Positions 37,159 to 45,858 of a stretch of DNA of 64,000 nucleotides are shown one piece after another. The translations under genes and the position numbers were made by a program. This DNA is from an uncultured virus (IMG/VR IMGVR_UViG_3300020414_000716) (taxonomy: Duplodnaviria; Heunggongvirae; Uroviricota; Caudoviricetes), in the IMG/VR virus record IMGVR_UViG_3300020414_000716, one strand, 5' to 3'. The notes beneath the pieces were generated by a model, which saw only the letters and a program-made list of their open reading frames with translations, ran no database searches and was not told the DNA's origin. Every line of letters starts with the position of its first letter. Position 1 is the first letter of the stretch.

Positions 37159-37994
37159 AATCGTGCATACATATCCGTTTTAGGGTCATCGTCTCCCTCT
37201 AGATATATGAATCGCACTTGTGGTGTTACGTCTCTCCATTCGTGACCGTATGAGAATAATGCAGCTTCCATCTCTTCTTCCATAGGTGGATACCATTCTT
37301 GTGGGAAGTAAGGTCTGATTTTCTCCTCATATTGTTGTACGAGGTCTTCATTCTTCTCTTGATTGTTTAGATAATACGGTGAGAATTGTGCAAGTTTGGT
37401 GGGTAACACGACTCCTTTAAAGTTATCTTCTACAAACTTCCAAGGATTAGCATATGTACTTGGGTCTTTATCTGCGAGGTCTGATATGTCTTTACCTATC
37501 CAACCAAAGAACCATTCACCTTTGTATTGTGTTTCTCCCTCGTCATTCCACCATGCCATTGGCATTTCAACGAAGGGTAATTCTTTATTTTGTACCGTTT
37601 CCATGGTTGCAACGTCCATTCCATGTCCTGCAGGTAATTCGTTAACGTGTCCTTTGAGAGGGATATTACCTAGGATTGCACTTTGACATAAGTCCAGTGG
37701 AATAAGTTTTGGACTGAGTAAGACATTCTTTTCGAACAATGGTTCTGATTGATAAGGTGGTGATTTGAACAGTTGTAGGAACTGCCAGTCCTCTGTAGGA
37801 TATTCTCCTTCATAAGGTATAGGTGTTATTGAATCCAATAATCCTTCAGGTTCTTCTGTAAGACAAAAGAATTTGACCTTATTAAAATCTTTAGAGACAA
37901 TATCGATTCGATATTTGAGTAGTCTTACGAAAGACTCGTTGATAACTTCTGAAGAAACTCCTTTCTTCTTGTGCATAATAATATTTGTTGCCAT
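37146..37994 (-). CDS. Hypothetical protein, weakly glycosyltransferase-like
   Basis: FFCLTEEPEGL...I.PIP...W..LQLF resembles a phage GT-A-like family; DxD not evident. Confidence 0.4.
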   Translation of the reverse strand: MATNIIMHKKKGVSSEVINESFVRLLKYRIDIVSKDFNKVKFFCLTEEPEGLLDSITPIPYEGEYPTEDWQFLQLFKSPPYQSEPLFEKNVLLSPKLIPLDLCQSAILGNIPLKGHVNELPAGHGMDVATMETVQNKELPFVEMPMAWWNDEGETQYKGEWFFGWIGKDISDLADKDPSTYANPWKFVEDNFKGVVLPTKLAQFSPYYLNNQEKNEDLVQQYEEKIRPYFPQEWYPPMEEEMEAALFSYGHEWRDVTPQVRFIYLEGDDDPKTDMYARLWFL

Positions 37995-38034
37995 GATATT
38001 CCTATAATGTAATAATAATATTTAGTTTTTAAAT

Positions 38035-38060
38035 CATAGTCCTATTTTACTAGGACTATG
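38035..38060. terminator. Perfect 10-bp hairpin, probable terminator
   Basis: CATAGTCCTA-TTTTAC-TAGGACTATG. Confidence 0.6.
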
Positions 38061-38076
38061 AGTTTTCCACAAGTGG

Positions 38077-38196
38077 TTATTCACAAATACCAGCGGCTTT
38101 TATCACCTTTGGTAGTCTTCCACTCTTCATGAATTTATGTGTTTTGTCTGCGAATATCTTTATGTATAAGGCAGACAATGATGCATAATATCGCAT
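38077..38196 (-). CDS. 39-aa small protein
   Basis: AGGAG RBS; MRYYASLSALYIKIFADKTHKFMKSGRLPKVIKAAGICE*; followed by a hairpin. Confidence 0.6.
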   Translation of the reverse strand: MRYYASLSALYIKIFADKTHKFMKSGRLPKVIKAAGICE

Positions 38197-38302
38197 TTTT
38201 ATCTCCTATAATGTATGGTGACTATCCGTGAATGACATTCAGATTTCTCCTACTCGTTCTTGTCACATAATTGTCACATATGTATATAGGTGCAAACAAA
38301 AC

Positions 38303-38378
38303 TGGTGGAGCTGATAGGAATCGAACCTACGACCTACTGGATGCAAACCAGTCGCTCTCCCTACTGAGCTACAGCCCC
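38303..38378 (-). tRNA. tRNA-Ala (UGC)
   Basis: 76-nt cloverleaf, anticodon stem ACUGG/CCAGU with UGC, G3:U70 pair, GUUCGA T-loop, encoded CCA. Confidence 0.96.
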
Positions 38379-38387
38379 AGTAACAGT

Positions 38388-38579
38388 TTACCCTTTTTTC
38401 TTTCGAGTACCTTTTCGTGCAGCTGCAATTTTTTGTGCTGAACGACCTTTGTAGACTCTCTTTTTGGACTCGTCTACATTAGGTGTAGATTTGTCGTCTG
38501 CAACATAACGACCTTTCTCGTCTCTATTGCGAACGGTTACAAATCCTAACCAATTAGTCACTTTAGTGAACCAACCCAT
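38388..38579 (-). CDS. Small basic hypothetical protein
   Basis: RNRDEKGRYVADDKSTPNVDE motif. Confidence 0.7.
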   Translation of the reverse strand: MGWFTKVTNWLGFVTVRNRDEKGRYVADDKSTPNVDESKKRVYKGRSAQKIAAARKGTRKKKG

Positions 38580-39238
38580 TATATATCTCTCCCGAAATTA
38601 TATGTTAAAGATGCAAACACTGAATCTGCAGTTTGACCTTCAAACACGTCTTGTCCTACAGTCACACTGAAATTCCAGTCTTGATTTACACCAAATGTTT
38701 TACCGACCCTGAGTTGAGTAAAGTCTTCAGTCCCTTCTAGGTCATGAAGTCCATGTATCAATTCAAGTTCGAATGCGTTTCTAACTAACCAACCGAACTC
38801 ATATGAGACTTCTGCATAGTTGTCGTTAGTTTCTATATCTTGGTAACCTTCTATTGTAAAGTCACCGATAGAAAGTATTGCGTAGACTTCTTCAAATGAT
38901 TCAATTACTGCATCGTAAGTGTATCTAACGTATCCAATGTCTAGTGCAATATTGTCGGACACTCGCAAGTCATAACCTGCATAGTAATCCAATTCCAAGT
39001 CTGTATCTACGTCACTTGCAAAGTCAACCGTTGCACCATAGAATCCTGCGTAGAATCCTAAGTCTGAAAGATATTCACCTTGTAAGTGAACACTTGGTTT
39101 ACCCTGAGTTTGTGATACTCCTCTCCAAACGTAATCTGAGTTATAACTCACATTTCCGTTAAATGACCCTGCGAATGCAGGTATCGATAGGACTGATACA
39201 ATCAATCCAAGTAATATATTCTTCATAATATACTCCAT
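38579..39238 (-). CDS. TorF/Gcw_chp-family outer-membrane beta-barrel protein
   Basis: Signal peptide ending AFA; SDYVWRGVSQT, GFYAG, ELDYYAGY, DIGYVRYTY; terminal beta strand SLTYNF. Confidence 0.85.
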   Translation of the reverse strand: MEYIMKNILLGLIVSVLSIPAFAGSFNGNVSYNSDYVWRGVSQTQGKPSVHLQGEYLSDLGFYAGFYGATVDFASDVDTDLELDYYAGYDLRVSDNIALDIGYVRYTYDAVIESFEEVYAILSIGDFTIEGYQDIETNDNYAEVSYEFGWLVRNAFELELIHGLHDLEGTEDFTQLRVGKTFGVNQDWNFSVTVGQDVFEGQTADSVFASLTYNFGRDI

Positions 39239-39241
39239 TTA

Positions 39242-39472
39242 TTAACTTCTGGCAACCTTTTCACGTCTGGCTAACTCATTCATTATCTTTTGTTTGAGTT
39301 TACCTTTACCTTTCTTGGTTACCTCTCGTCCGAGTTTATCCGTTTCAAAACAACGTTCTAACTCTTCTCTCAAAGTAGTTTCACTTTGATTTTTTATGTA
39401 GTGATGTTCGATAGTTGTTTTTTTAGTTTGTCTATCGTATTTCGCTACAGAATCTTTAAATTTTATCGGCAT
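39242..39472 (-). CDS. Hypothetical protein
   Basis: Start reassigned to MPIKFKD after AAGGAG RBS. Confidence 0.65.
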   Translation of the reverse strand: MPIKFKDSVAKYDRQTKKTTIEHHYIKNQSETTLREELERCFETDKLGREVTKKGKGKLKQKIMNELARREKVARS

Positions 39473-39569
39473 AATTCTCCTTATGTAAATAGACTGATTA
39501 TATCTACTAGTAGAATTATCGCAGTCAACGTGGTTAGTATTTTTAGTATTGTTATTTGTTTTCTCATTA

Positions 39570-40199
39570 TTATTCCTTGATTTCAAATTTAGGGTGAGTT
39601 AGTTTTGGTTCAGAAGTGTCATACTCTGTCATACTCTCTTCATTTTCTACAGGTTGTCCAAACCATATCGCAAGACAATATCTTTCTCCTGTAAGTATTG
39701 GGTCTACTCCATGCCAACGTTTTGTTGAGTTGTTAAAAGCAACCATTGACCCTGTAAAAGGTATTATTGTATGTCCATCTACATGGAAGTTACCACCAGT
39801 AAATTCTTCGTTCAACGTGAAGATAACAGTCCCTGTATCTCCTTCGTCTGCATTGTCTTTGTGATAACCCATGTATGATTCCATAGGATACCTCATAGTT
39901 TGCATATAGGTTACTGCATTGAAGTCTTCTTCACTCCATGGTATGAAGTCTTGAACCCAATCCATAATCTTTCTAAAATCAGGATTTCTGAATCCAATAG
40001 AATACTTTTCTACTCCAAGATTATCAACATACTTTAGTCTATCCTCTTCCTCTTGATTCTTTGCAACAATATGACCACCATGTTTTTCATTCATGGATTC
40101 GAGTTCAGTCCACTCTGCTCTGTTATGGATTTCTATAATCTCACGACATATGGGTGCAGGTAAAGCTGCATGACCGATTAATAGGATAGGATTACTCAT
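39570..40199 (-). CDS. 2OG-Fe(II) oxygenase (prolyl-hydroxylase-like)
   Basis: HKD, LNEEFTGG, HGVDPI..GERY. Confidence 0.85.
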   Translation of the reverse strand: MSNPILLIGHAALPAPICREIIEIHNRAEWTELESMNEKHGGHIVAKNQEEEDRLKYVDNLGVEKYSIGFRNPDFRKIMDWVQDFIPWSEEDFNAVTYMQTMRYPMESYMGYHKDNADEGDTGTVIFTLNEEFTGGNFHVDGHTIIPFTGSMVAFNNSTKRWHGVDPILTGERYCLAIWFGQPVENEESMTEYDTSEPKLTHPKFEIKE

Positions 40200-40203
40200 A
40201 ATA

Positions 40204-40896
40204 TTACCATTCTCTAATTGGGTGTAAGAAGTTTACTTGGGTGTATCTCCAAGAATCACCTGAATATTTAGAGTAGTCATCTATCCATGCTCCGTGAATC
40301 CTATTGCCTGGAAATATAACACAACGATTGAATTTTGCAGGGACTATTTTTCTTAGTTCAAATCTATCCAACACTGGATACAGTACGTTCAAGTGTTCGT
40401 CATTTGATAACCATGTTCCTTCATAAATTGCAGTTCCACCGTCCTCTTCTTTATCCATGTAGATAATCATATTCAATGTGGATTCGTTATCAGGTGTATC
40501 GAGTTCCGAATCAGTGTGTGGATAATGTTGTATGTTCTTATCAAATACACTTAGTGTTTGAAAACAGTTGAATTCGTATATACGTTGCCAATCATACGCA
40601 CCTGTATGAAAATATTCTCGACATACATTTAACACTCTATCCATTTCATTAAAATAAACTCTAGTAGGGTGTGCTATTTTATCTGTAATTCTACAGTCAT
40701 GGTAATCAATACCATTTTTAGTGTTTCGTTCTGTATTGTATTTCCACATAGGATAATCTCTATTCCTAATCCACTCATAAAGTGTATCAGGGTCTTCATA
40801 GAAATTATCTATGGTTACTACTTCACCATCGAATTTTACGTCTAAGTTTGGACTCATTTTAAACAGTTCGTCCAGTACAAATGGTTTACCTGCCAT
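40204..40896 (-). CDS. 2OG-Fe(II) oxygenase-like protein
   Basis: IDNFYEDPD, PHTD, GGTAIY, FNRCVIF...HGA. Confidence 0.8.
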   Translation of the reverse strand: MAGKPFVLDELFKMSPNLDVKFDGEVVTIDNFYEDPDTLYEWIRNRDYPMWKYNTERNTKNGIDYHDCRITDKIAHPTRVYFNEMDRVLNVCREYFHTGAYDWQRIYEFNCFQTLSVFDKNIQHYPHTDSELDTPDNESTLNMIIYMDKEEDGGTAIYEGTWLSNDEHLNVLYPVLDRFELRKIVPAKFNRCVIFPGNRIHGAWIDDYSKYSGDSWRYTQVNFLHPIREW

Positions 40897-41710
40897 GGTC
40901 TATGTTCTCCTCTAGAAATTCATAGGGCATATCACGACCTGTTTGATTGTTGTCAATGATTGGTCTATGTTTCAGGTTGAAAGATAATGTAATTCTCTCG
41001 TAGTCTTCAATCCTTTCCTGAGAAGGTTCTACTGCGTGTTGTATGTAAGAAGGCCAGAATAGAAACTCACCCTCTTGTGGAAAGTATTCAAAAGATGAAT
41101 CACAACCGTTAACACCTGAAAATAATATGTGTGGGTATCCTTCTCTTTCCATAGGTCTATCCACTGCAAGGTGATTTGCGATTGCACCCATATTTGGATT
41201 TAGAAACTTTATTGGTTGATTTGATTTCTCAGTCTTAATGTAATAAGTTCCACTGATATGAGAATTGACGTGATTATGTGTTGCGTGTTGATGTGGGCCA
41301 GTGTAACGATTCAACCATGCAAATAAATGTATGTCGTCCCTAGACAAATGTGAAACAGGGATTTGGAATACATTACTAATAAATGCAACGTATGAATCTT
41401 TGATTTGGTCTGAGAATTGTTGGAACCACTCTTGACCATGCATAGAGACTCTTGCATCTTCGTCAAAGTAAGTAGTGTATTCTGTATTGACATCACCCTG
41501 TTCGACTTGACTCAGGATATGTCTAGAACTCATTGCAACTTCTTCTACATCTAATTCTAGTTTTCCTCTCAGAAAAGGTGTAGAGAACATTTGCATTACC
41601 ATTCCTTCTGCAGGTTGGTATTTTGTTATTTCGAAACCTTCAGGTAATGGTTTTCCTTCTTGGAATGATTCCTTTACGTCCCTCTCGATTTCAATCACGG
41701 GGTCTTTCAT
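40886..41710 (-). CDS. 2OG-Fe(II) oxygenase (TIGR02466-like)
   Basis: WLN, HNH..SHISGTYY, EGEFLFWPSYIQHAV, RITLSFN. Confidence 0.85.
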   Translation of the reverse strand: MKDPVIEIERDVKESFQEGKPLPEGFEITKYQPAEGMVMQMFSTPFLRGKLELDVEEVAMSSRHILSQVEQGDVNTEYTTYFDEDARVSMHGQEWFQQFSDQIKDSYVAFISNVFQIPVSHLSRDDIHLFAWLNRYTGPHQHATHNHVNSHISGTYYIKTEKSNQPIKFLNPNMGAIANHLAVDRPMEREGYPHILFSGVNGCDSSFEYFPQEGEFLFWPSYIQHAVEPSQERIEDYERITLSFNLKHRPIIDNNQTGRDMPYEFLEENIDHGR

Positions 41711-41725
41711 AATGTATCCTATAAT

Positions 41726-42223
41726 TTAGTTTTGTATTTCTGCAACTACTCCCTTTGAACCGTCTTTCATAGTTACGTTACGATATACAACAATAACTTC
41801 TCCTAGTTGTTTTATATATCGTTTTACTTCTTGGTTATTTCTAATCATAACCTTGTAGTCTCCAACAGTGGTTGCAACAAATACAACTTCACCATTGTTT
41901 TGGTCTTTCATATCATCTAAGAACCTATCTAAGTATGTATATCCCTCTGGCCATTCAGGATTCTCTTTGTCTTCCCACGCACAAGTCTTAGGTCTTTTTT
42001 CTGTTCCGTCTTCTTGTACAACTTTTCTACATGGATTGGCGATTCTCGCTTCAGATACAACATACCATTTAGGTGCTTGTAAATCTAAAGGACGTGGAAG
42101 TGTGGGTTGAATTATATCAATCTCAACTGGTTTACTGACTATGTTTACTTTCTTCTCAGGTAATAACGAACAACTAGTCGTTATTATCGTCAGACCCAAG
42201 ATTGCTAATGTCTTTAGTGTCAT
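41726..42223 (-). CDS. Outer-membrane spanin (Rz1-like lipoprotein)
   Basis: Lipobox TTSC, Pro-rich segment, Y..M..N.QE.KRYI.Q; overlaps i-spanin. Confidence 0.78.
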   Translation of the reverse strand: MTLKTLAILGLTIITTSCSLLPEKKVNIVSKPVEIDIIQPTLPRPLDLQAPKWYVVSEARIANPCRKVVQEDGTEKRPKTCAWEDKENPEWPEGYTYLDRFLDDMKDQNNGEVVFVATTVGDYKVMIRNNQEVKRYIKQLGEVIVVYRNVTMKDGSKGVVAEIQN

Positions 42224-42557
42224 TCTCTATCCCCTCTAATACGTCAACCGTCCCTTTATTAAATCTTAACTCCATTAATCCTGGCTTGACGGTTGCAAGT
42301 TTTTCAAAATTATGTTTTGAAAGGATTGATAGATATTTCTCTTTGTCTGCCTCGATTTCTGCGTTCTTTCGAGTCATGTTCTGTAGTGCCTTTGTTTGAC
42401 GTTCGTAGTTCTCTTTGATTGCTTCGATTGCCTGTTTCTGTTCTTCCACTGCACTCTCTAATGCAATGTTATTTGCACTTAGTGTTTGGTTTTGGGTGTA
42501 AAGGTAATAAGAACTTAATCCTAGTACCAGTATTATCCCTATAAAAAACTGTTGCAT
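42174..42557 (-). CDS. Inner-membrane spanin (Rz-like)
   Basis: N-terminal TM then coiled coil, LA..KPGL.E..N. Confidence 0.78.
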   Translation of the reverse strand: MQQFFIGIILVLGLSSYYLYTQNQTLSANNIALESAVEEQKQAIEAIKENYERQTKALQNMTRKNAEIEADKEKYLSILSKHNFEKLATVKPGLMELRFNKGTVDVLEGIENDTKDISNLGSDDNND

Positions 42558-42558
42558 A

Positions 42559-42792
42559 TTATAACTCCACTATGCGATAATCAAGACCACTTGAACTCCT
42601 TAGTTCAACAATCTTTTTATCTGAATCTTTGAATTTAAGATGTTTTTCTTTTTGTATAAGTATCTTTTTTGAAACGTATTCGTCCTTAAACACATTTCCT
42701 GTTAGGTCTTGTGTTCTAAAAACGGTGATTTTGTATTCGGGTGCAAAGTAATACTTGATTGCATTCCAAATACGTTTAAGTCTGTCCTTCAT
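42559..42792 (-). CDS. Hypothetical protein
   Basis: Start MKDRL after GAGG RBS. Confidence 0.65.
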   Translation of the reverse strand: MKDRLKRIWNAIKYYFAPEYKITVFRTQDLTGNVFKDEYVSKKILIQKEKHLKFKDSDKKIVELRSSSGLDYRIVEL

Positions 42793-42807
42793 AATAATCC
42801 TCTTACA

Positions 42808-42833
42808 AATAGACACCCCGAAGGGTGTCTATT
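42808..42833 (-). terminator. Intrinsic terminator with cUUCGg tetraloop
   Basis: AAUAGACACCC-UUCG-GGGUGUCUAUU. Confidence 0.85.
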
Positions 42834-42858
42834 ATTTAGTCAACTAAAAAACTAACTT

Positions 42859-43116
42859 TTAGCTGTCATAAGTGAATAGAGAACCACCTGCAACAGCTGC
42901 TTGACCTGCTGCCAAGATTGCTCTAGATGGTGTACCCATTCTATAGAATGTACCTGCTGGAGTTACATTCGTGTAGATGACATGACCCTGAGATTGTAAC
43001 TTACCAATCGTTCTTGCTGGTGAAGTTAAATCGAAACGATTTCTCAGTGTAGTCCATGCTACGTTTTTACCTTTTGAAAGTAGGTTTAACACTTTTTGCG
43101 TTTTGGATAAAGCCAT
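42859..43116 (-). CDS. Winged-helix/HTH DNA-binding protein
   Basis: SKTQKVLNLL..G...L..RF....ARTI..L...G..IY.N...YRMGTPSR; start MALSK after AGGAG. Confidence 0.72.
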   Translation of the reverse strand: MALSKTQKVLNLLSKGKNVAWTTLRNRFDLTSPARTIGKLQSQGHVIYTNVTPAGTFYRMGTPSRAILAAGQAAVAGGSLFTYDS

Positions 43117-43164
43117 TTTATTTTCTCCTATATCCATAATATTCAACTTAATTGTTGAATTCGT

Positions 43165-43671
43165 TTAAGAAACTACGGAAAATCCGTTTCTTAGTTTCTT
43201 CAATTCTTTTATAGTCTCAGCAGCACTAGTGTGGAGTATTCCTATTCCACCATTTGCTTCCCAAGCTTCAATGTTTTTAGGTCTATCGTCTATAAGGACT
43301 GAACCCTCATACGCAAACATACCTTTTTGACTTCCTGTTATTGTACAAGTGACAACAACAGTCGGACTAACGTGTTCTCTAATCCACTCGTTTTTATCAA
43401 AGACTACCAACTCTCTGTTCACTAAACCAGCTGCAGTTAGTATTTCCCAAGGTAACTTAGTGTGTCTTACATATCCTAGTAAGTCCCACATATCTTCCAT
43501 TGGTGGTAAATGTCTGAATAGTCTTTTGTTTGTTAGTTCCTCTTTCCTTGCATCGTAGTCGTTTCTACCTTTCTCGTTGTTAGGAAATGGGTCACCAGTT
43601 AGGGTCTCAACACCAGTGTTGAAGTCGGCAAGAACACCGTCCATGTCAATAAATATTCTTTTCACATTCAT
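43165..43671 (-). CDS. HAD-family 5'(3')-deoxyribonucleotidase
   Basis: DMDGVLADF, ILTA, K..W, LIDD, W...GGIGILH. Confidence 0.88.
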   Translation of the reverse strand: MNVKRIFIDMDGVLADFNTGVETLTGDPFPNNEKGRNDYDARKEELTNKRLFRHLPPMEDMWDLLGYVRHTKLPWEILTAAGLVNRELVVFDKNEWIREHVSPTVVVTCTITGSQKGMFAYEGSVLIDDRPKNIEAWEANGGIGILHTSAAETIKELKKLRNGFSVVS

Positions 43672-43693
43672 AATTTATTCTCCTACTGTACAT

Positions 43694-43723
43694 ATTATAG
43701 TACAAAAGCGACCCCATTGTCAA
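43694..43723 (-). promoter_or_regulatory. Early promoter TTGACA-N18-TATAAT
   Basis: TTGACAATGGGGTCGCTTTTGTACTATAAT. Confidence 0.8.
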
Positions 43724-43727
43724 GCTT

Positions 43728-43940
43728 TTATGCTAGAAATGTACGTCCGTGTTGTAGGAATTTCTCGTATTCTGACTCTAAAAATGACTTATTTGCACCT
43801 GTATTAACATACTCTTCTAAAGTAGAGTATTCTTTATCTCCATGTTGTCTTCTTTCGTGACAATTTTCTGACCACATATGAGTGCAAAATTCATTAAAAG
43901 TCATAACATTTTTCTCATTCATGTACACATTATACCTCAT
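43728..43940 (-). CDS. Hypothetical protein
   Basis: F..FC..MW.ENC.ER...G...Y motif; promoter TTTACA-N18-TATAAT at 43929-43958 implies a later start. Confidence 0.6.
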   Translation of the reverse strand: MRYNVYMNEKNVMTFNEFCTHMWSENCHERRQHGDKEYSTLEEYVNTGANKSFLESEYEKFLQHGRTFLA

Positions 43941-43966
43941 AATATAGGGTGTTGTAAAGGTGTTTT

Positions 43967-44416
43967 TTAAATAAATTTATCTCGTCCAGCCCAAAACATA
44001 TTGTAGATTTTAGACTCATTTTTGTATGCTTCTTTCTCCCATGGTTGTTGAGAGTAAGGTGTATTCCCATGATATTTGCGTTTATATCTTTGCATTTTAG
44101 GTGTTAAATCACCTTTTATGAGTTGTTTTGCGTGGATTAGTTCGTGTGCGAGGTTCAACATCATTTGGTCGTGTGTGAATTTCTCCCCTTTTTCATTATA
44201 TCTGTTGAGTTCTATATCGATTAGACTTTTGTTTCCTGAACAAGTTGCGTAATGGTAATCTTTTAGTTCAGGTTTCCATGACACTATGTGTAATGTTAAG
44301 TCTACATCTCGTCTTAATTTTGGGTGTAAGTAATAGATTACGTCTTCGATATAGTTGTAAATGTCTTTCTTTCTTGCAATTTGACCTGATATATCAATGT
44401 TTATCATGTATGTCAC
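43967..44416 (-). CDS. Zn-metallopeptidase-like protein (HExxH)
   Basis: LAHELIHAKQ...Y..QPWEKEAY. Confidence 0.78.
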   Translation of the reverse strand: MTYMINIDISGQIARKKDIYNYIEDVIYYLHPKLRRDVDLTLHIVSWKPELKDYHYATCSGNKSLIDIELNRYNEKGEKFTHDQMMLNLAHELIHAKQLIKGDLTPKMQRYKRKYHGNTPYSQQPWEKEAYKNESKIYNMFWAGRDKFI

Positions 44417-45003
44417 CCTAAGTTGAGAAAGTTTTGTAGTATTTCGTCCCCGTATTCAGTCATTTGTGACTCAGGGTGAAGTTGAAATGATTCGATAGGA
44501 AGTGTATCGTGTCTGACTGCCATTACCATTCCGTCTGAATGTGCAGTTGCAGTTAGAGGTGTATCCTTTAATGATTCTTCATTGACTGAATCATTATGGT
44601 ATCTTCCTATCCATATGTCGTTTGGTATATCTGTAAATAATCCCTGTTCATCGTGGTGACAAACAGTCTGTATTCCTCTTTCTGAATTGATATTCATATC
44701 AATCTTTGCACCAAAATAGGCTGCGATTGCTTGGTGTCCTAAACAGACTCCTGATATGGGTATGTACTTATGGAATGCATCAACAAAATTCTGTAACCTT
44801 ACACCGTCTGTATTCCAGTCACCACAACCAGGCGTTAAAAATAAGTGTGTTGGTTCTAATTCTCGTGCTTCAGCGATTGTATACCCATCGAATCTTGACG
44901 TTAATACTGTTGCACCTAGTCTTCTGAATTGTTCACATAGATTGTGTGTGAATGCATCATAATTATCTAACAGTAATACTCTTTTATTCTGTTTCAACCT
45001 CAT
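44413..45003 (-). CDS. Class I glutamine amidotransferase (TrpG/PabA-like)
   Basis: LLDNYDAFTHNL, GVCLGHQ, RYH, QLHPES catalytic triad. Confidence 0.88.
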   Translation of the reverse strand: MRLKQNKRVLLLDNYDAFTHNLCEQFRRLGATVLTSRFDGYTIAEARELEPTHLFLTPGCGDWNTDGVRLQNFVDAFHKYIPISGVCLGHQAIAAYFGAKIDMNINSERGIQTVCHHDEQGLFTDIPNDIWIGRYHNDSVNEESLKDTPLTATAHSDGMVMAVRHDTLPIESFQLHPESQMTEYGDEILQNFLNLG

Positions 45004-45145
45004 CTATAAGTTCCACTTCATCTTCAGTAACTTCTGCACCACAAAAAGGACAATGTTGCACTTCATATTGGTGCGAATCCATTTCATGATGTACATCACT
45101 TTCTGATTTACACTCATTACAATGTACTCTAAAAATCTGTATCAA
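44984..45145 (-). CDS. Small zinc-ribbon protein
   Basis: TTG start after GGAG; CNEC...CPFCG; acidic tail; not in ORF track. Confidence 0.6.
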   Translation of the reverse strand: MIQIFRVHCNECKSESDVHHEMDSHQYEVQHCPFCGAEVTEDEVELIDEVETE

Positions 45146-45380
45146 GTTCCTTCTCCCCTAATATTTCTTTCCATGCATTTTCGAAAGATTTCTTTTTACC
45201 GTTAAGTGTAATAAAAGGACACTCATGAGGTTGTATAGCTCTCTTTTGAAAATCTATTCCTTGTATGTATATTCTGACTTCGTTCTCAATCACGTCAAGG
45301 GATTGACAAAGATGTTTTATTCGCATATCTTCTACTCCCTGTTCCCCTTCAGGTAACAGGTATGCATGGACTTGTCTCAT
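45129..45380 (-). CDS. Hypothetical protein (degenerate thioredoxin-like fold possible)
   Basis: Start MRQVHAY; CPFITLNGK. Confidence 0.55.
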   Translation of the reverse strand: MRQVHAYLLPEGEQGVEDMRIKHLCQSLDVIENEVRIYIQGIDFQKRAIQPHECPFITLNGKKKSFENAWKEILGEKELDTDF

Positions 45381-45628
45381 AATTTTATCGCTAATAATAA
45401 GAATATTGCAAGCATTATTATGTTTGCAAAAAACATTAAACCTGCAAGAATGGTGTGATACCAAATCCAACGTGTTTTATATGCATTTTCGATTGTTAAA
45501 TCATCAGGGTCAGGTGTTGCAATTTCATGTTGTTTTAGATTTATTGAATCAACAACTTTGTTTGCAATCTTTTCTTCGAGGTCTCTTTCTTCTTTACTAC
45601 CCCATAATATTTGATACCACTTCTTCAT
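45377..45628 (-). CDS. Small membrane hypothetical protein
   Basis: PDPDDLTIENAYKTRWIWYHTILA plus TM. Confidence 0.65.
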   Translation of the reverse strand: MKKWYQILWGSKEERDLEEKIANKVVDSINLKQHEIATPDPDDLTIENAYKTRWIWYHTILAGLMFFANIIMLAIFLLLAIKL

Positions 45629-45858
45629 GACCTTCTCACACCATCTGACCACTGTTCAAACTCTGTATATCCACCGATATACTCACCATGTGCAGTTATT
45701 TGTGGAAATGTTCTCGCACTAGGAAACTGTTCAAACAACTCTTCTCGTGTGAAGTCTTCTCCTAATTGATAATATTCATATTCATATCCCTTCTGTTCTG
45801 CAAGAGCTTTTGCTCTATCGCAGAATGGACATTGTGTTTTACCCCATATTTTAATCAT
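45625..45858 (-). CDS. nrdC: Glutaredoxin
   Basis: CPFC active site, RTFPQI, IGGY. Confidence 0.92.
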   Translation of the reverse strand: MIKIWGKTQCPFCDRAKALAEQKGYEYEYYQLGEDFTREELFEQFPSARTFPQITAHGEYIGGYTEFEQWSDGVRRS

